64,000 nucleotides of DNA from Acidobacteriota bacterium (GTDB lineage Bacteria > Acidobacteriota > UBA6911 > RPQK01 > JAJDTT01). The stretch spans positions 2,400,001 through 2,464,000 of the forward strand of contig OZ253580.1 of the NCBI GenBank assembly GCA_965263035.1, given 5' to 3'. This document shows positions 29,078 through 39,046 of this stretch, piece by piece. The stretch's first letter is position 1, and every line of letters begins with the position of its first letter. The notes beneath the pieces were generated by a model, which worked only from the letters and a program-made list of their open reading frames with translations, was not told the origin of the DNA and ran no database searches. The translations under genes were made by a program, and so were the position numbers.

Positions 29078-29842
29078 TCAGACGCAGCCGGGATACTCCC
29101 GGCCCCTCAGCAGCCGATAGTTCGGTGCGGGCTTCGACGGGTTCGTCCACCTGGAGCGGGCGGTCATGTAGTGCACGGCGAAACCGCGTCTGGAGTGGTT
29201 CGTCCGGTTGGGCCGCGAGCTGTGCAGCAGCAGGCTGTGATGGAATGAGCAGCTCCCGGCCGGCATGACCATGGGCACCTGGGACTCCAGGTCCATGGCG
29301 CTCGCCGGAACCCGCTTGTCGATGCGGTCTCCGATCTGCCAGGGCTCGCCGTGGTCGACGACTCCCCCGAGGTGGCTGCCCGGAATCACCCACATGCCCC
29401 CGTTGGCCACGGTGACGTCATCCAGCGCCGACCAACAGGTGACCAGCGCCATGGGCTCGATGGTGAAATAGGCCGAATCCTGGTGGTAGGGCTTCTCGAC
29501 GCCACCAGGCGGCTTCATGAAGAGCTGGCTCTCGAAGAGCTTCACGTCGGGGCCGGTCAGGTCCTCCACCATGTCCAGAATGGCGTCGTTCCTGGCGTGG
29601 CGGAGAAAGACGGGATCGTTCTCGGCGCAATGGTCCAGCTTGCGAATCGTCTCGACGGAACGGCGGCCGTTGGCCGTGGGTTCCAACTCCAGATTCCCCT
29701 CAGGAAAAGGAACTCGTCCCTCGGCGATGTCCGCCGTTCGCTGTTTTAGCCGCTCCACGTCGTCCGGGGGGATGACGTTTTCCACGATCAGATAGCCCTG
29801 GGTTCGATACTGAGCGACTTGGGCTTCGGTCAGTTTCTTCAT
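29078..29842 (-). CDS. phytanoyl-CoA dioxygenase (PhyH) family 2OG-Fe(II) oxygenase
   Basis: HQD, WVIPGSH, LLHSS.PN...R. Confidence 0.9.
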   Translation of the reverse strand: MKKLTEAQVAQYRTQGYLIVENVIPPDDVERLKQRTADIAEGRVPFPEGNLELEPTANGRRSVETIRKLDHCAENDPVFLRHARNDAILDMVEDLTGPDVKLFESQLFMKPPGGVEKPYHQDSAYFTIEPMALVTCWSALDDVTVANGGMWVIPGSHLGGVVDHGEPWQIGDRIDKRVPASAMDLESQVPMVMPAGSCSFHHSLLLHSSRPNRTNHSRRGFAVHYMTARSRWTNPSKPAPNYRLLRGREYPGCV

Positions 29843-29886
29843 GTCCGGAAGTATAGCAATGGGAAGGAAAGAGGAAAAAGGAACAA

Positions 29887-30741
29887 CTACATAAAGCTGT
29901 AGCCGTGGACTACGGAGACGACGATGGAGAGGATGGTGAGGAAGATGCAGACGGCAGCAGCGGCCAAGTGATTCAGCCGCTCGGGTTGCATGGGGTCCAG
30001 CCAGCGAGCCAACAGGTAGCCCCCCAGAAATCCTCCCGCATGAGCCCAGTTGTCGACTGCCGGGAAGATGAATCCGAAGATCCCCATGATAATGGCGTAT
30101 CCTCGGGCCTGCCGGCTGATGTGACTGCCGATGCCGCGGCGGCCGGAGTAGACCAGTGCTCCCAGGAGACCGAATATGGGTGCGGAGGCGCCAACGGAGA
30201 ACATGGCCCCCCTGAGTGGTCCGGGCAGGAAGGGAAGATACATGCCGATCAGAGTGCTCAAGCCGAAGCCGGCCACGGTCGCTGCGGTGTAGATGAGGAC
30301 CATGCGGCCGGCGCCGTAGATCTCGGCGGTGACCGGCGCCAACTGGCGAACCCACATCAGGTTGAAACCGATGTGGAGCAGGCCGCCGTGGAGCCAACCG
30401 GCGCTGAGCACGGTCCACCAGCGATCGTACTGGAACACGGGAACGGCGCCGCTGGCTCCGAACAGGAACAGGCCGGTCTGGCTGGGAGACAACAGGGAGA
30501 ACATTCCTCTGCTCCCGGTCCCCGGGGAGCCCACGATCAGGGAGGCAATGTACAAGAAGATGCAACCCACCATCACCAGGCGAAGAAAACCCAGGTCATC
30601 GCCCAGGATCCGCACCAGGGGAGCAAATCCCCAGAGACCCGGGTTCTTGCTGCCGCACTCGTAGCACTCGGCGTCGTTGACTCCCACCAACCGGCCGCAT
30701 GAGCGGCACACCACCGAGCCGGCCCTCTGTCGTCTCAACAA
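29887..30741 (-). CDS. rhomboid family intramembrane serine protease with N-terminal zinc ribbon
   Basis: CxxC..CxxC; HIGFN, GASA, AHAGG; start codon uncertain. Confidence 0.88.
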   Translation of the reverse strand: MLRRQRAGSVVCRSCGRLVGVNDAECYECGSKNPGLWGFAPLVRILGDDLGFLRLVMVGCIFLYIASLIVGSPGTGSRGMFSLLSPSQTGLFLFGASGAVPVFQYDRWWTVLSAGWLHGGLLHIGFNLMWVRQLAPVTAEIYGAGRMVLIYTAATVAGFGLSTLIGMYLPFLPGPLRGAMFSVGASAPIFGLLGALVYSGRRGIGSHISRQARGYAIIMGIFGFIFPAVDNWAHAGGFLGGYLLARWLDPMQPERLNHLAAAAVCIFLTILSIVVSVVHGYSFM

Positions 30742-30834
30742 GGTCTTCTTTCCTCTCCGGACCTCAGCGGGAGGTTCCGTGCCTAGTGTACCAGCAAGCG
30801 GGCACCCACAAGGGGGGACCCACAAGGGGGGACC

Positions 30835-31914
30835 CTACTGCCGGAGAGCGACTTGGAATCGGTCCGGATCGAAGGAATCGGAATGCGCACGGTCCAGGAA
30901 TTTTCTGGCGGCGCGGCGGCCGACCTCCCAGCTCACTCCCATTCCATGGCCGCCCAGGGCGGCGACCCAGAAGAAATTCTCCAGAGTGGGGTCCCAGCCG
31001 ATGACGAAGGAGGTATCGGTGGCCTGGGTTCGAAAGCAGGACCAGACTCGTTCCTGAACGGAGTCCCTGAGGTCAGGCAGCTTGGACCAGCAGAGCCGGG
31101 CCAGCTCCTCGGTCAGGTCCGCATCCACAGTCGGTTCCAGGCTCTCGGTCTCGCCCTCGTCACAGACGCTGATGAGGAGTCCGTCCGACTCGGGCCTGAA
31201 ATAAAAATTGTCCGCCAAATTCCAGACGATGGGCCAATGTGGATTCACTCCGGGGACTCGCCCCAGGACGAAGAGGTGGCGCTTCAAGGGACGCATGGGG
31301 ACCCGCGAGGCGCCCGCGAGGCGACTGACCCGGGGCGCCCAGCCGCCGGCGGCGTTGACCAGGCGGTGGGCCGTGATTTCGCCCTGTGTGGTGTCGAGTC
31401 GGAACGGCCCCGTCCCCCGGCAGGCCCGCAGACGGCAGTCGAAGAGGAAGGAGACACCCCGATCCCGGCTTCCGGTGAGATAGAGCTGGAGCAGAGCGGA
31501 AATGTCCATGATGCCGTCCCCCGGTGTCCAGAGGGCGGCGCCGAAATCGTGGCGGTCCAGCAACGGGACTTTCCGGCGGGCTTCCTGCGGATTCAAGAGG
31601 TAGGATTCGATCCGGTCCGGCTCCCGCATGGCCTCCAACCGGTCCGGCGATGCCAGAAGTAACGACCCGACCTGACGAAAGCCCAGCTCCGACTCGTACT
31701 GGCCGTATGCCCGGCGACTGGCGGCGGCGGCCCGGCGAATGTCCTCCCGCACCTCGTGCTGCCGCACCATGGCGGCATTCCGGCCCGAGGCGTGGAATCC
31801 GGGCACCGATTCCTGATCGATCACCAGGATCGAGCCCGAGAACGACCGGCTCAGGTGAAACGCGGTGGAGGCGCCGGCAAAACCCGCGCCCACGATGAGG
31901 ACGTCGACCTTCAT
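30835..31914 (-). CDS. FAD-dependent oxidoreductase (DAO/sarcosine oxidase-like)
   Basis: VGAGFAG, ASGRNA, VNAAGGW, GGHG. Confidence 0.88.
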   Translation of the reverse strand: MKVDVLIVGAGFAGASTAFHLSRSFSGSILVIDQESVPGFHASGRNAAMVRQHEVREDIRRAAAASRRAYGQYESELGFRQVGSLLLASPDRLEAMREPDRIESYLLNPQEARRKVPLLDRHDFGAALWTPGDGIMDISALLQLYLTGSRDRGVSFLFDCRLRACRGTGPFRLDTTQGEITAHRLVNAAGGWAPRVSRLAGASRVPMRPLKRHLFVLGRVPGVNPHWPIVWNLADNFYFRPESDGLLISVCDEGETESLEPTVDADLTEELARLCWSKLPDLRDSVQERVWSCFRTQATDTSFVIGWDPTLENFFWVAALGGHGMGVSWEVGRRAARKFLDRAHSDSFDPDRFQVALRQ

Positions 31915-32004
31915 CCGGGAAACCGTATCGGTTCCGGTGGGGCGAATTCAACAGGAACGGCGGTTTCCAACCGCCGACCAGGGGGGACAGGGGGGACGGC
32001 GTCC

Positions 32005-33363
32005 CATAAGAGCTAACTAGATTAATATCCCAGAAAGTGGCTATCAACGTGATTGGACCTTCTCCGGGGAGGTTCTTCCAAGGACGCCGAGATTTCGCGC
32101 CATTCGGCGAACATGCGTCTCAGGGAATACGCCGGTTCGATGGCTCGCGTGACTTGGTTCAATGCGAATTTGAAGTCACGCCACGGGCTGGGAGTCCTGT
32201 CCGGTCGCGACGTCGTATCCCCAGGGGGAAATGGTCCGCGCATGGCGGACCACCTTTTCGACCAGCAGCGCCACCAGCAGCTTGCCGTACAACCAGGCCT
32301 GGGCGCTTGCCTCATCGTGCTTCGGCAGGTGCCCGAGCTGGGCCAGGGACTTGAAGCGCTTGAAGACCAGTTCGACTTGCCAGCGCAGGCGGTACCACTC
32401 CAGCACTTCGGCCGCTGGGAATTTCTCCGCTGGGTAGGTTGTGAAAACGATGACGAAGCGCGCGAACCGCAGGGTTTCGGGCTGGACCTGCTTGCCCTTG
32501 CGCTGAGCCGTCCGACGGATCTTGGCATGCGCGACTTCGATGGCTTCGCCGGTCTTGCGCACCGCGCAGATCCGGCCCGCCACGGGTGGCCCGGACCGGG
32601 CCACTGTGCGGACCCTCCAACTGCCGACCGGCCCCGGTCGCAGCAGCGTTTCCACGGCTGCGAGCAGGTCGAACGCTTGGCCGGCCTCGGTTTCCAGCAG
32701 CAGCGATCCGGTGTTCACGCGCACCGTCACGGACCCTCCGCCAGCCGCGACGTGCTGAATCCCGACCGCAGTCGAGTAGCCGCGGTCGGCCAGCACGTAG
32801 TCGCCCGGCCGGATCGGGAACTGCCTGAACGACTCGCTAGTGCCGCGCCCCTGCGTCGCGGTCAGCTTGAAGAAATCACAGCCGAGCGAAGGCAGGTTGA
32901 CGCTGTAGTGAAGGCGCCACACCGACCCGGTCCGGCCGGGCTCGCGCACGGTCGTCGCATCGAACGCCCGCACTTGGAAGCCGGCGCTCTTCGACACCGC
33001 GATGCCATGCTCCCGGAACAGTTCCACGCAGAGGGCGTAGAGCCAGTCGCGGGATTTCCTCAGCCGCTTGAGCAGGGCCACGTCGGACAAATCGGCCAGG
33101 CTCGCTTGCCGAGCCCGCACCACGGTTTCGCGCAAGGAATGCCCGCAGCCGAGATGGATCAGCAGGGTACGCAGCAGGTTTTCCGGCGACTTGTCCTTGC
33201 GCAGTCCCTTCAGGGCTCCGGTCGAGGCCGCCAGATCCAGCCAATTGGCTGGGAAAAATGACACCAGCAAGTCCCAGTCCTCATTCGCAGCCGCATTTAC
33301 TACCGTTCCGCTCATGCCCTCACTATACAAGATAGCGGTCAGGCAATCAGATTAGCGCTTATG
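32005..33363 (-). mobile_element. IS4-family insertion sequence, 1359 bp
   Basis: Imperfect TIRs CATAAGAGCTAA / CATAAGCGCTAA; 11-bp TSD GGACGGCGTCC at 31994-32004 and 33364-33374. Confidence 0.92.
32176..33315 (-). CDS. IS4-family DDE transposase
   Basis: FDAT, ADRGY, YRLRWQVELVFKRFK (YREK-type signature). Confidence 0.92.
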   Translation of the reverse strand: MSGTVVNAAANEDWDLLVSFFPANWLDLAASTGALKGLRKDKSPENLLRTLLIHLGCGHSLRETVVRARQASLADLSDVALLKRLRKSRDWLYALCVELFREHGIAVSKSAGFQVRAFDATTVREPGRTGSVWRLHYSVNLPSLGCDFFKLTATQGRGTSESFRQFPIRPGDYVLADRGYSTAVGIQHVAAGGGSVTVRVNTGSLLLETEAGQAFDLLAAVETLLRPGPVGSWRVRTVARSGPPVAGRICAVRKTGEAIEVAHAKIRRTAQRKGKQVQPETLRFARFVIVFTTYPAEKFPAAEVLEWYRLRWQVELVFKRFKSLAQLGHLPKHDEASAQAWLYGKLLVALLVEKVVRHARTISPWGYDVATGQDSQPVA

Positions 33364-33374
33364 GGACGGCGTCC

Positions 33375-33502
33375 CCTCTACACTTGCCGCCTACCGAATC
33401 GCATAGCAACTACAGAAGAGCCGGCGGCAAGAAAGCCGCCTCTCCCAGTAGGCGACAAGAAAGTCGCCTCTCCCAGTGGGCGACTGGAAAGTCGCCCCTC
33501 CT
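33375..33502. repeat. composite REP element, right part (left part at ~31953-32004, split by IS4); includes three hairpins at 28-bp period
   Basis: TACACTTGCCGCCTACCGAATCGCATAGCAAC linker plus GGCGRCAAGAAAGYCGCC-type hairpins at 33423, 33451, 33479. Confidence 0.85.
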
Positions 33503-33568
33503 ATTTTCTTTCTTGACAACTCCGATCGGAATACTGAATAATGCGCCGCGTCGTCGGAAGACACGGTC

Positions 33569-34297
33569 ATGGAGACACAGATTCAACCCAATGCCTCGCC
33601 CTTGCCGGCCCCGGCTGAAATGATGTCAGCCGAGGAACTGGTGGCTTGGGCGTTGGATCGGTGGCACCCCCGGATCGCCGTCTGCACCAGTTTTCAGGCG
33701 GAGGGGATGGTGATTCTGGATCTGTGCTGGCGCTATCGCAAGGACGTTCGGGTCATGACCATCGACACGGGACGGCTCCCGGCCGAAACCTACGAAATGA
33801 TGGATCGCATCCGGGATCACTATGGGATCCGGCCGGAGGTCTTCTTCCCTCATGCCGAGAGCGTGGAAACCATGGTGCAGGAATCCGGCGCGAACCTCTT
33901 TTACCGATCCCGGGAAGAGCGCAAGCGCTGTTGCCGCGTCCGAAAGGTGGAGCCATTGGCACGGATGCTTCAACCTCTGGATGCCTGGATGGTCGGCTTG
34001 AGGCGGGATCAGTCTTCGAGCCGCGCCGGCGTCTGCAAGCTGGAGACCGATTGGGAGCACGGCTCCAAGATCAAGCTGAGTCCGCTTGCGGATTGGACCC
34101 ACGATCAGGTCTGGAACTATATCCGACGAAACCGGGTTCCGTATCATCCTTTGTATGACCAGGGTTACGGAAGCATCGGCTGTGCCCCCTGCAGTCGTGC
34201 TCTTCGTCCCGGCGAGCACCCACGCGCCGGACGCTGGTGGTGGGAACAGGGAAGCGCCCGGGAATGCGGGATCCACTGTTTTCAGAAAACCGACTGA
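33569..34297 (+). CDS. cysH: APS/PAPS reductase (CC...CxxC iron-sulfur type)
   Basis: IDTG, CCRVRKVEPL, GYGSIGCAPC, ECGIH. Confidence 0.92.
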   Translation: METQIQPNASPLPAPAEMMSAEELVAWALDRWHPRIAVCTSFQAEGMVILDLCWRYRKDVRVMTIDTGRLPAETYEMMDRIRDHYGIRPEVFFPHAESVETMVQESGANLFYRSREERKRCCRVRKVEPLARMLQPLDAWMVGLRRDQSSSRAGVCKLETDWEHGSKIKLSPLADWTHDQVWNYIRRNRVPYHPLYDQGYGSIGCAPCSRALRPGEHPRAGRWWWEQGSARECGIHCFQKTD

Positions 34298-34325
34298 TCG
34301 CTGAACCTCCATTCGGGAACCCTTC

Positions 34326-36086
34326 ATGAGCATCATGCCGCCCTCCCAGGCGCGGGCGCACGGCTCCAGCCCGAAGACCAGACTGATCTCCCCCTGGGGA
34401 GATCGACTCGTGGATCTTCTGGCCAGTCCTGAGGAATCCGAAGAACTCAGGGCTCGGGCGTCCTATCTCCCTTCCCTTCAGTTGTCCCGGCGGACTGCGC
34501 TGGACCTGGAGCTCATGGCATCCGGGGCCTTCTCCCCTCTGACCCGTTTCATGAACCGCGCCGACCACGAACGGGTGTTGGGGGAGATGCGGCTGGCGGC
34601 GGGCGCCCTCTTTCCCGTTCCCGTCGTACTTCCCGCCGCAGTCTCGCCGGAGATTCGGCTGGATACCGAGATCGCGCTCCGGGACTCCAGGAACGACTTG
34701 CTGGCGATCATGACGGTGGAGGAGATCTACGAGTGGGACGTCCGGGAGACGGCAAAGGGAGTGCTCGGCACTCTGGACATGCGGCACCCTCTGGTCGCCG
34801 AAATGCATGGCTGGGGCGAAGTCAACCTGTCAGGACGGCTCAAGGTGCTGCCCCCGCCCCGCCGGCCCGACTTTGCCGAGTTGCGACTGACGCCGAGTCA
34901 AACCCGTGCCCGCCTGCTGGAGATGAATTTTCCCGACGTGGTCGCCTTTCAGACCCGGAACCCTCTGCACCGGGCTCATGAGGAGCTGACTCGCCGGGCC
35001 ATGGAGGAGACCGGAGGCGCCTTGCTGCTGCATCCCGTCGTGGGCATGACCCGCCCCGGCGACGTGGACCACTACACTCGGGTCCGCACCTACAGGGTGC
35101 TGGCCCGCGACTACTACGACTCCCGCCGGGTGCTCCTGAGCCTGCTCCCCTTGGCCATGCGGATGGCCGGTCCCCGCGAGGCCCTTTGGCACGCTCTGAT
35201 TCGAAGAAACTACGGCGCCAACGCTCTGATCGTCGGCCGGGACCACGCCAGTCCGGGAACGGGACGGGGTGGCCTTCCTTTTTACGAACCATACGAGGCG
35301 CAGGAACTGGTGCGGCGTTTCAGCGGCGAGACGGGAGTGAGGATGATTCCCTTCCGGCAACTGGTCTATCTGCCGGACGAGGACCGATACGAGGAGGTCG
35401 GCCGCGGGCACCCCGCGACTCGGACAGCGTCCATCTCAGGATCCCAGGTTCGGGACGACTATCTGCGGAAGGGCCGCGACCTTCCCCACTGGTTCACACG
35501 TCCCGAGGTGGCGGACATTCTGGCCGAAGCTTACCCGCCGCGCCACCGCCAGGGAGTCTGTATCTGGCTCACCGGATTGAGTGGCTCCGGGAAGTCGACG
35601 ACGGCCCAGGTCCTCACCGTTCTCCTTCAGGAGCATGGGAGAAGGGTCACGGTTCTGGACGGCGACATGGTCCGGACCCATCTCTCCAAAGGACTGGGCT
35701 TCAGCAAGGAGGACCGGGACACCAACATTCTTCGCATCGGCTTCGTGGCAGCCGAGATCGTCCGGCATGGAGGCACGGTGATCTGCGCCGCCGTGAGTCC
35801 GTATCGGGAGACCCGGAATCAGGTCCGGTCCATGGTGGGAAGCGGCCATTTCGTGGAAGTGTTCGTGGACACTCCCCTGGAGGTCTGCGAGGAGCGGGAC
35901 GCCAAGGGCATGTACGCCAAGGCCCGGCGCGGAGAGATTCGCGGATTCACCGGCATCGACGACCCCTACGAGTCTCCCCGGGACCCTGAAATCACCCTGG
36001 ACACGGTGCGCCATTCACCTCAGTTGAATGCTCAGGCAATACTGGACCACTTGCGGCGGCGGGGCTACGTCCGACCGGCGGAATAG
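34326..36086 (+). CDS. sat: bifunctional sulfate adenylyltransferase / adenylylsulfate kinase
   Basis: AFQTRNPLHRAH, IVGRDHA; kinase WLTGLSGSGKST, LDGD, FTGIDDPYE. Confidence 0.94.
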   Translation: MSIMPPSQARAHGSSPKTRLISPWGDRLVDLLASPEESEELRARASYLPSLQLSRRTALDLELMASGAFSPLTRFMNRADHERVLGEMRLAAGALFPVPVVLPAAVSPEIRLDTEIALRDSRNDLLAIMTVEEIYEWDVRETAKGVLGTLDMRHPLVAEMHGWGEVNLSGRLKVLPPPRRPDFAELRLTPSQTRARLLEMNFPDVVAFQTRNPLHRAHEELTRRAMEETGGALLLHPVVGMTRPGDVDHYTRVRTYRVLARDYYDSRRVLLSLLPLAMRMAGPREALWHALIRRNYGANALIVGRDHASPGTGRGGLPFYEPYEAQELVRRFSGETGVRMIPFRQLVYLPDEDRYEEVGRGHPATRTASISGSQVRDDYLRKGRDLPHWFTRPEVADILAEAYPPRHRQGVCIWLTGLSGSGKSTTAQVLTVLLQEHGRRVTVLDGDMVRTHLSKGLGFSKEDRDTNILRIGFVAAEIVRHGGTVICAAVSPYRETRNQVRSMVGSGHFVEVFVDTPLEVCEERDAKGMYAKARRGEIRGFTGIDDPYESPRDPEITLDTVRHSPQLNAQAILDHLRRRGYVRPAE

Positions 36087-36143
36087 GACCCGGAACCTGA
36101 CAAGGTCGGGGTGAACGATCCGGTCCGGCGTCCGGCAGGAATC

Positions 36144-36219
36144 TGGTGGAGGTAATCGGATTCGAACCGACGACCCCCTGCTTGCAAAGCAGGTGCTCTT
36201 CCAACTGAGCTATACCCCC
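36144..36219 (-). tRNA. tRNA-Ala (TGC)
   Basis: GGGGGTATAGCTCAG...CCTGC-TTTGCAA-GCAGG...GTTCGAATC...CCA, 76 nt. Confidence 0.97.
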
Positions 36220-36402
36220 ACCCTGGACCGAGAAATCTATAGCGAAAATCGCCGGAGCAATTGGCTTGCGTCCCCGGCGATTCACCCTATGAGCGTCCAG
36301 TTTAGCAGCCCCGGACAACGTGCGTCTCGGTCCGGAGCGGCGACCCTTAGTCGTCGAACTCCGGTGAAGCCATGGGGGGGGAGGGCGACTGGGCGACGGG
36401 AA

Positions 36403-37044
36403 GTCGCGGTAGGGACGCCGGTTGCCCAGCGCCCCCCGCGCAGATCCGTGCGTGCCCGTTAAGGCACACGGCTCCTACCTCAGGTAATGACGGCAGGTCG
36501 CGACGCCCGCCGTATCCGACCCCCGCCTGTGTCACGGTAGCCCGGCTCTGAGTCCGGTCCGTACTTTGGTGAGCCGAATTCCCCTTGGTTCCACCCCTTC
36601 GCTCCACCGACTCCGCAGAGAGTTCCCCCTCCTTGTTCGCCCGCTTCATCACTACTATGGGTGAATCCGATTGCTTCCTCTCTCCCCTCATGGGTTACGG
36701 CTTTCCCCTTTCCCACAAGGCCCCGGCTTTCGCCGGGGAGAGAGTAAGCCCTCCCAGGTCCCGACACCAGATGTACGTACGTGCATGGGTTCTTTGACAC
36801 CGCAGAGCCCGGCTGCCCCTCACCCTGGCGGTCCAGCCGGTGTTGCCTTCGACCGCGACTACAGCCTCGGCACTTCCGATCAGGGAGCTTTCGATGCTCA
36901 ATAGCCTGCCCATACGCACCGCTACCGACGCTTCGCCGACACCCTCACGGGTGCCCACGCACGGCTCGCGGAGAAACGTGGATGGTTAGTCCTTCGTTTC
37001 AGCGGACTTTCACCGCCTATCTTGTGCCAGTTAGCCTGGCGCAC
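36403..37044 (-). ncRNA. ORF-less group II intron (IIB-type), 642 nt
   Basis: 5' GTGCG at 37044; domain V GAGCCGTGTGCCTTAACGGGCACGCACGGATC; domain VI ending CCCTACCGCGAC; flanks rejoin to a REP hairpin. Confidence 0.88.
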
Positions 37045-37059
37045 AGCCGCCGCTCCAAG

Positions 37060-39042
37060 TCACCCAGAGACGGTGCGGGGCCGGGTGAAGGGTTCTTCCA
37101 GGTATTTGCTTGCCTCGGCCTGGGCTCCATTGTAATCGATCTTGCTGTTTGCGGCTTTTCGGTATTCCGACTTGGCCCGCTCCCGCTGTCCCAGAATGTC
37201 GTAGATCTTTCCCAGGTGGATGTGGATCCAGGTCTCGATCCAGGGAGGATTCAGGTTCCCGTTGAGCGACTCCCGGAAGGCGTTGGCCGAATTGGAGAAG
37301 CTGTGCTGCTGGAAGAACACCTCACCCAGCCGATAGCTGGCCATGGAGCTTCTGGGGTCCATCTCCTGGGCCTTCTCGAACTCCTGAATCGCCGCCACGA
37401 ACTCCGACTTTCGCTGGTAGTCCTCGCCCAGCGCGATGTGGACCAGGACTCGCATCCGGTCCGAATCGTTCAGGATCTTCCCGTTGGGATCCACTATCAC
37501 CCGGAGGGGCCGGTCCTTCATATCGAGCTTGAACGAGGTGGAGCGGCCCCCGATGACAAATTTGTCGTCCTTGGCTTCGCCCTTGGTCTCGATTCGCAGG
37601 TCGGCCGGCATGCGGAAGAGGTCGATGTCCTGCTGCACCTGCCCGCGGATCTGGAAGTTCCCGTCTCTCATCTTGTAGATGTTGTAGTCGATCTTGAACT
37701 CGGGGACTCCGACCGACTCGACCCACTGGACGAAAAACCAGCCGTAGTCTTCGCCGGTCTTCCGTTGGACGAAGCCGACGAAGTCCTGGGTGCCGGTCTC
37801 CTGGTTTTTCCGCTCCTGGTACCAGTCCTTGAAATATCCGTTGAAATCGTCGCGGCCGATGAGCTGACCCAACATGTAGAGCACCCAGGCCCCCTTGCTT
37901 CCGACGATGGATTCGTACTGGTCGGAGCCGGGTTTGAAGGTGATGCCCTCGGTGATGGGCGCCAGCTTCTGGTGCTTCATGGCTTCCACCGCCTCACGTG
38001 CCAACGCGGCACGAAAATCGTCGGCGTGGTTCATCTCCATGTAGCGGAGAGCGGCATAGGTACAGAAGCCTTCGCGGAGGAAGACGTCCCGATACCCCTT
38101 CAGGCGCGCCGAGTAGCCCCACCAATGACGGGCCAGCCGTTTCGCCAACTCCATCACCGGCATCCGCTTGGCCTCGAGCAGTCCGGATTCCAGCAATATC
38201 AGGCCGAACGACCCGGAGGTCTCCAATTCCACCTTGCCCACCGCAACCAGGTCCAGACTGGACAGCGGGCTGGGTCCGTACTCCTGGTTGAAGAATTCCA
38301 GAATCTTTCCGATCTCCTGGGCCCAGGGAGCCAAATCGTCCGTGAAGTCCTCCCTTACGTGGAAGCTGACCGGGACCGGACCCTCATTGAAGGTCTGACG
38401 GAGAAATTGGGAGACCACCACGGGGATCTCGGTCAGGGGAAAGTCACTCGACCAATTGAAGACTTCGGTGACGCCCTCGGTTCGGATCGACTCCAGGCGG
38501 CCGGGCGCTACAGCCGAGAATCCGAGGGGAACCCGGACCGACACCCTGGCCGTTGCCGAGTCCAAGGGAAGCAGGTGCTGCGGGAACCAGCGGCCTTCGG
38601 TCAGGAGCAGGGCTCCGTCGGGGGAGATCACGGCCTTCTCGGTACGAGCGACATTCAGGAAGGCGAATTCATCGCCTTCCAGATTCCCCTCGATCCGGAA
38701 GCTGAGCGTCACCTCGGCCCCCGGATTGAGGGACTTGGGACCCTGAACCCTCATATTCTTCTGGCTCAGGTCGTCGAATCGGGTCGAGTATCGGTTCCCG
38801 TCCTGGTCCGTAGTCTCCAGAATGCTGAGCTGGTTGTTGAAATCGAAGGGAATGCTGAGGATGTTCTCCAAGACCTTGAAGGTGACCCGGGCCGTCCCCT
38901 GCAAGAAACGCTCCTGGGGATCCACCTCTACCTCGATGTCGTAATGGCTCACATCCAACAGACGGGGGCCGGTGGGAACCGTCTCCGCCCAGGCCAGAGC
39001 ATTCCCCAGAACCAGAAGAAAAAACGCAGTCAGCACTTTCAT
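37060..39042 (-). CDS. M1 aminopeptidase-fold protein with C-terminal TPR; zinc motif degenerate
   Basis: Signal peptide; LAKRLARHWWG..LREGFCTY..KGAWVLYML; TPR helices. Confidence 0.78.
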   Translation of the reverse strand: MKVLTAFFLLVLGNALAWAETVPTGPRLLDVSHYDIEVEVDPQERFLQGTARVTFKVLENILSIPFDFNNQLSILETTDQDGNRYSTRFDDLSQKNMRVQGPKSLNPGAEVTLSFRIEGNLEGDEFAFLNVARTEKAVISPDGALLLTEGRWFPQHLLPLDSATARVSVRVPLGFSAVAPGRLESIRTEGVTEVFNWSSDFPLTEIPVVVSQFLRQTFNEGPVPVSFHVREDFTDDLAPWAQEIGKILEFFNQEYGPSPLSSLDLVAVGKVELETSGSFGLILLESGLLEAKRMPVMELAKRLARHWWGYSARLKGYRDVFLREGFCTYAALRYMEMNHADDFRAALAREAVEAMKHQKLAPITEGITFKPGSDQYESIVGSKGAWVLYMLGQLIGRDDFNGYFKDWYQERKNQETGTQDFVGFVQRKTGEDYGWFFVQWVESVGVPEFKIDYNIYKMRDGNFQIRGQVQQDIDLFRMPADLRIETKGEAKDDKFVIGGRSTSFKLDMKDRPLRVIVDPNGKILNDSDRMRVLVHIALGEDYQRKSEFVAAIQEFEKAQEMDPRSSMASYRLGEVFFQQHSFSNSANAFRESLNGNLNPPWIETWIHIHLGKIYDILGQRERAKSEYRKAANSKIDYNGAQAEASKYLEEPFTRPRTVSG

Positions 39043-39046
39043 GGCA

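Noticed and set aside
33423-33496. Mini-CRISPR of three palindromes (also 47062-47140)
   Set aside because: The 28-bp period leaves only ~10-bp conserved linkers; it is part of the composite REP element.
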